From contig OZ176054.1 in the NCBI GenBank assembly GCA_964247055.1, positions 9,114,001 to 9,178,000 on the forward strand: a DNA stretch of 64,000 nt, given 5' to 3'. A program made the position numbers and the translations under genes. Source of the stretch: Paragordius varius (lineage: Eukaryota > Animalia > Nematomorpha). Below, in pieces: positions 62,329-64,000 of the stretch (position 1 is its first letter; the number at the start of each line of letters is the position of its first letter). The notes under the pieces were generated by a model that was not told the origin of the DNA, ran no database searches, and worked only from the letters and a program-made list of their open reading frames with translations.

Positions 62329-64000
62329 ATATATATATACATATTTAATATCAGTTATTCACATTCTGAATATATTTTATTATAAATTATTTCATTAACA
62401 ACATTTTGAGCGTTTTGAAAAAGAAGAGGTAAGCTTTCGGTACTTTTTTTAACATGGCGATCTATTTTCTGATCAAAATATTTCAATGTAATATCATCCA
62501 AATAATTGTTAAAGTCTTCAATACTGTGGAATTGTTGTAGATTATTACATTTAGACTTTTTTAGTATTTCCCAAAACATTTCAGTATTTGGTATATTATT
62601 ATGCAATATATTTGGTTGGAGTTCTTTTGCATCTTCGTACAATGTTAAATTTTCTTGAATAGAAGACGGTTTCTCCTATTATAAAAATTTTATAATCAAA
62701 TAATACTAATAATATACCATTTGCACTTTAAGAGTATCCTTAAACACTTCAAGTTAGTCCTTATACTTTTTTTGAATTTATCCATATTTTTGCATTTATT
62801 TATTAATTTGTTAACCAAATCTTCTTGATTTATTATATATTTATTCATTTTAAATTAATATTTTTTTATTTGAAAACTACTTTTTTGTTTCGAACTGATT
62901 TTTTCCAATGCTTTACGGAAAAGTGTAATTAATAACCCAAAAAACTTATATTCTTTTCAATTACATGTTAAAACTATATAAAATATAATTTAAGAATTTA
63001 TAAAGATCTACGGTTTCTGATTGATTAAAAGTTGATATTGGTATAAAAGTTTGGTTTAATAAATAAAATAGATTAAAATTGATAAGAAAGATGAATGATA
63101 CACGGTTCGATTGCTAAGAGTTAAAAACAAAATAAAAAAAAGTTAAAGGACCAACTTGAATTGTTCAAGGACACTCTTGGAGTGCAAATGGTATATTAAT
63201 TGTCATCAATTTCACATAATTTTTTTTCAATTCTTTTGAAAGCCGGTTCGGGTTCCACAGAATTATTTTGCCAAAAAATTATCCGTCAAATTATTTTTTT
63301 GTTAGTATAGAATTATGTTATTTTTCTTTATTAATAACTCATGCCAATTTATAATCACAATCAAAACATTATAAACTGTATTATTTCCATAAATAATTAA
63401 CAAATACTCTTTTATGATCAAATAAATTGGAAAAAATATTAAAAACAAAGATAACCAGGTAATAATCAAACAAATTTTTTCAAAGCCGGGTTTCACTTCT
63501 AAAAGTGATATCAAAACCGTTGATAGTTTTTTTAAACGGTTTAGGTTTCATCAATGGATTGTTAATATATATTTTTCAAAAGCTTTAACTATCTGTGCCA
63601 AAAATATGATAACTTTTGCGCAATTTTACAATAAGAAATTATGATGCTAATGTTTGATTAGAAAGTAGTATTTTTAAAATTAAATGATATGATATAGGAC
63701 AAGAAAAGGTTTTGAAATACAGTCTCCACAAACAATTGTGAAAATAATATGGTAATAAAAAAGATAACTAATTTAATCTTTTTTTATGGATTATGATGAC
63801 TATTTTTAATTTTAATATATATAATAAAAAAAATATGTGAATTACGCCATAAGAATTTAGCCATGTGCTCCCGATTTCATCTATCTGTGTCATGATAGAG
63901 TTAATTAAGATACGAATTCTAGCTTCGTTTATTCGTTTACTGATATCTTCCATCTACATTAAACAAATTTAGTTATTACAAAGTGAAAAATAGACCTAAA
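60381..64000 (-). CDS. Partial sorting-nexin-like gene (SNX13/14/25 family: RGS-like and Nexin_C-like segments); 5' end outside the window
   Basis: Exon ~62360-62675 is RGS-like (MFWEILKKSKCNNLQQFHSIEDF...LFQNAQNVVNEII). Segments near 60400-60800 (IWFQNMLIELLRKVM; RVNKDIYIFVLLSKIKIHFC) resemble the SNX25 C-terminus from memory. Middle exons and the PX domain are not resolved. Confidence 0.5.
61531..61774. mobile_element. MITE family 3 (TATACCATTTTTCA TIR), 244 bp
   Basis: tataccatttttcagtcaaaag / cttttgattgaaaaatggtata; internal tandem aaacgcaacaatttttt-like units. Confidence 0.82.
62296..62326. repeat. (TA)n microsatellite
   Basis: Perfect TA run. Confidence 0.9.
62713..63195. mobile_element. 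MITE family 1 copy without repeat expansion
   Basis: tataccatttgcactttaagagtatcc / ggacactcttggagtgcaaatggtata; internal similarity to the other copies. Confidence 0.9.

Overview
Very AT-rich eukaryotic (animal-type) genomic DNA. Hand-splicing recovers about 12 intron-containing genes: D-amino-acid/D-aspartate oxidase, TBC1D22, VPS37A, CDK5RAP3, RAB40, RAB35, DRG2, a class A peptide-type GPCR, a DDX5/DDX17 helicase with a very long RS-rich plus Asn-rich tail, IDI1, a cytochrome b561 and a partial SNX25-like gene, plus an unidentified partial gene at the left edge. Many introns are only 21-29 nt; the long introns hold most of the transposon debris. Mobile DNA includes a decayed Ty3/Gypsy element, an RTE-type LINE fragment, several MITE families (TATACCATTT-ended and TTAA/piggyBac-like) and a Penelope-like GIY-YIG fragment forming a ~1.3 kb palindrome. 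The most interesting signal is two families of minimal type I hammerhead ribozyme motifs with palindromic stem III. One is attached to the Penelope fragment. The other lies in an apparently non-coding ~360-nt repeat with five copies at two intronic loci. All three loci share a divergent (back-to-back) inverted layout. Exon boundaries and RNA folds were worked out by eye; no database search or folding program was run and the organism is not identified.
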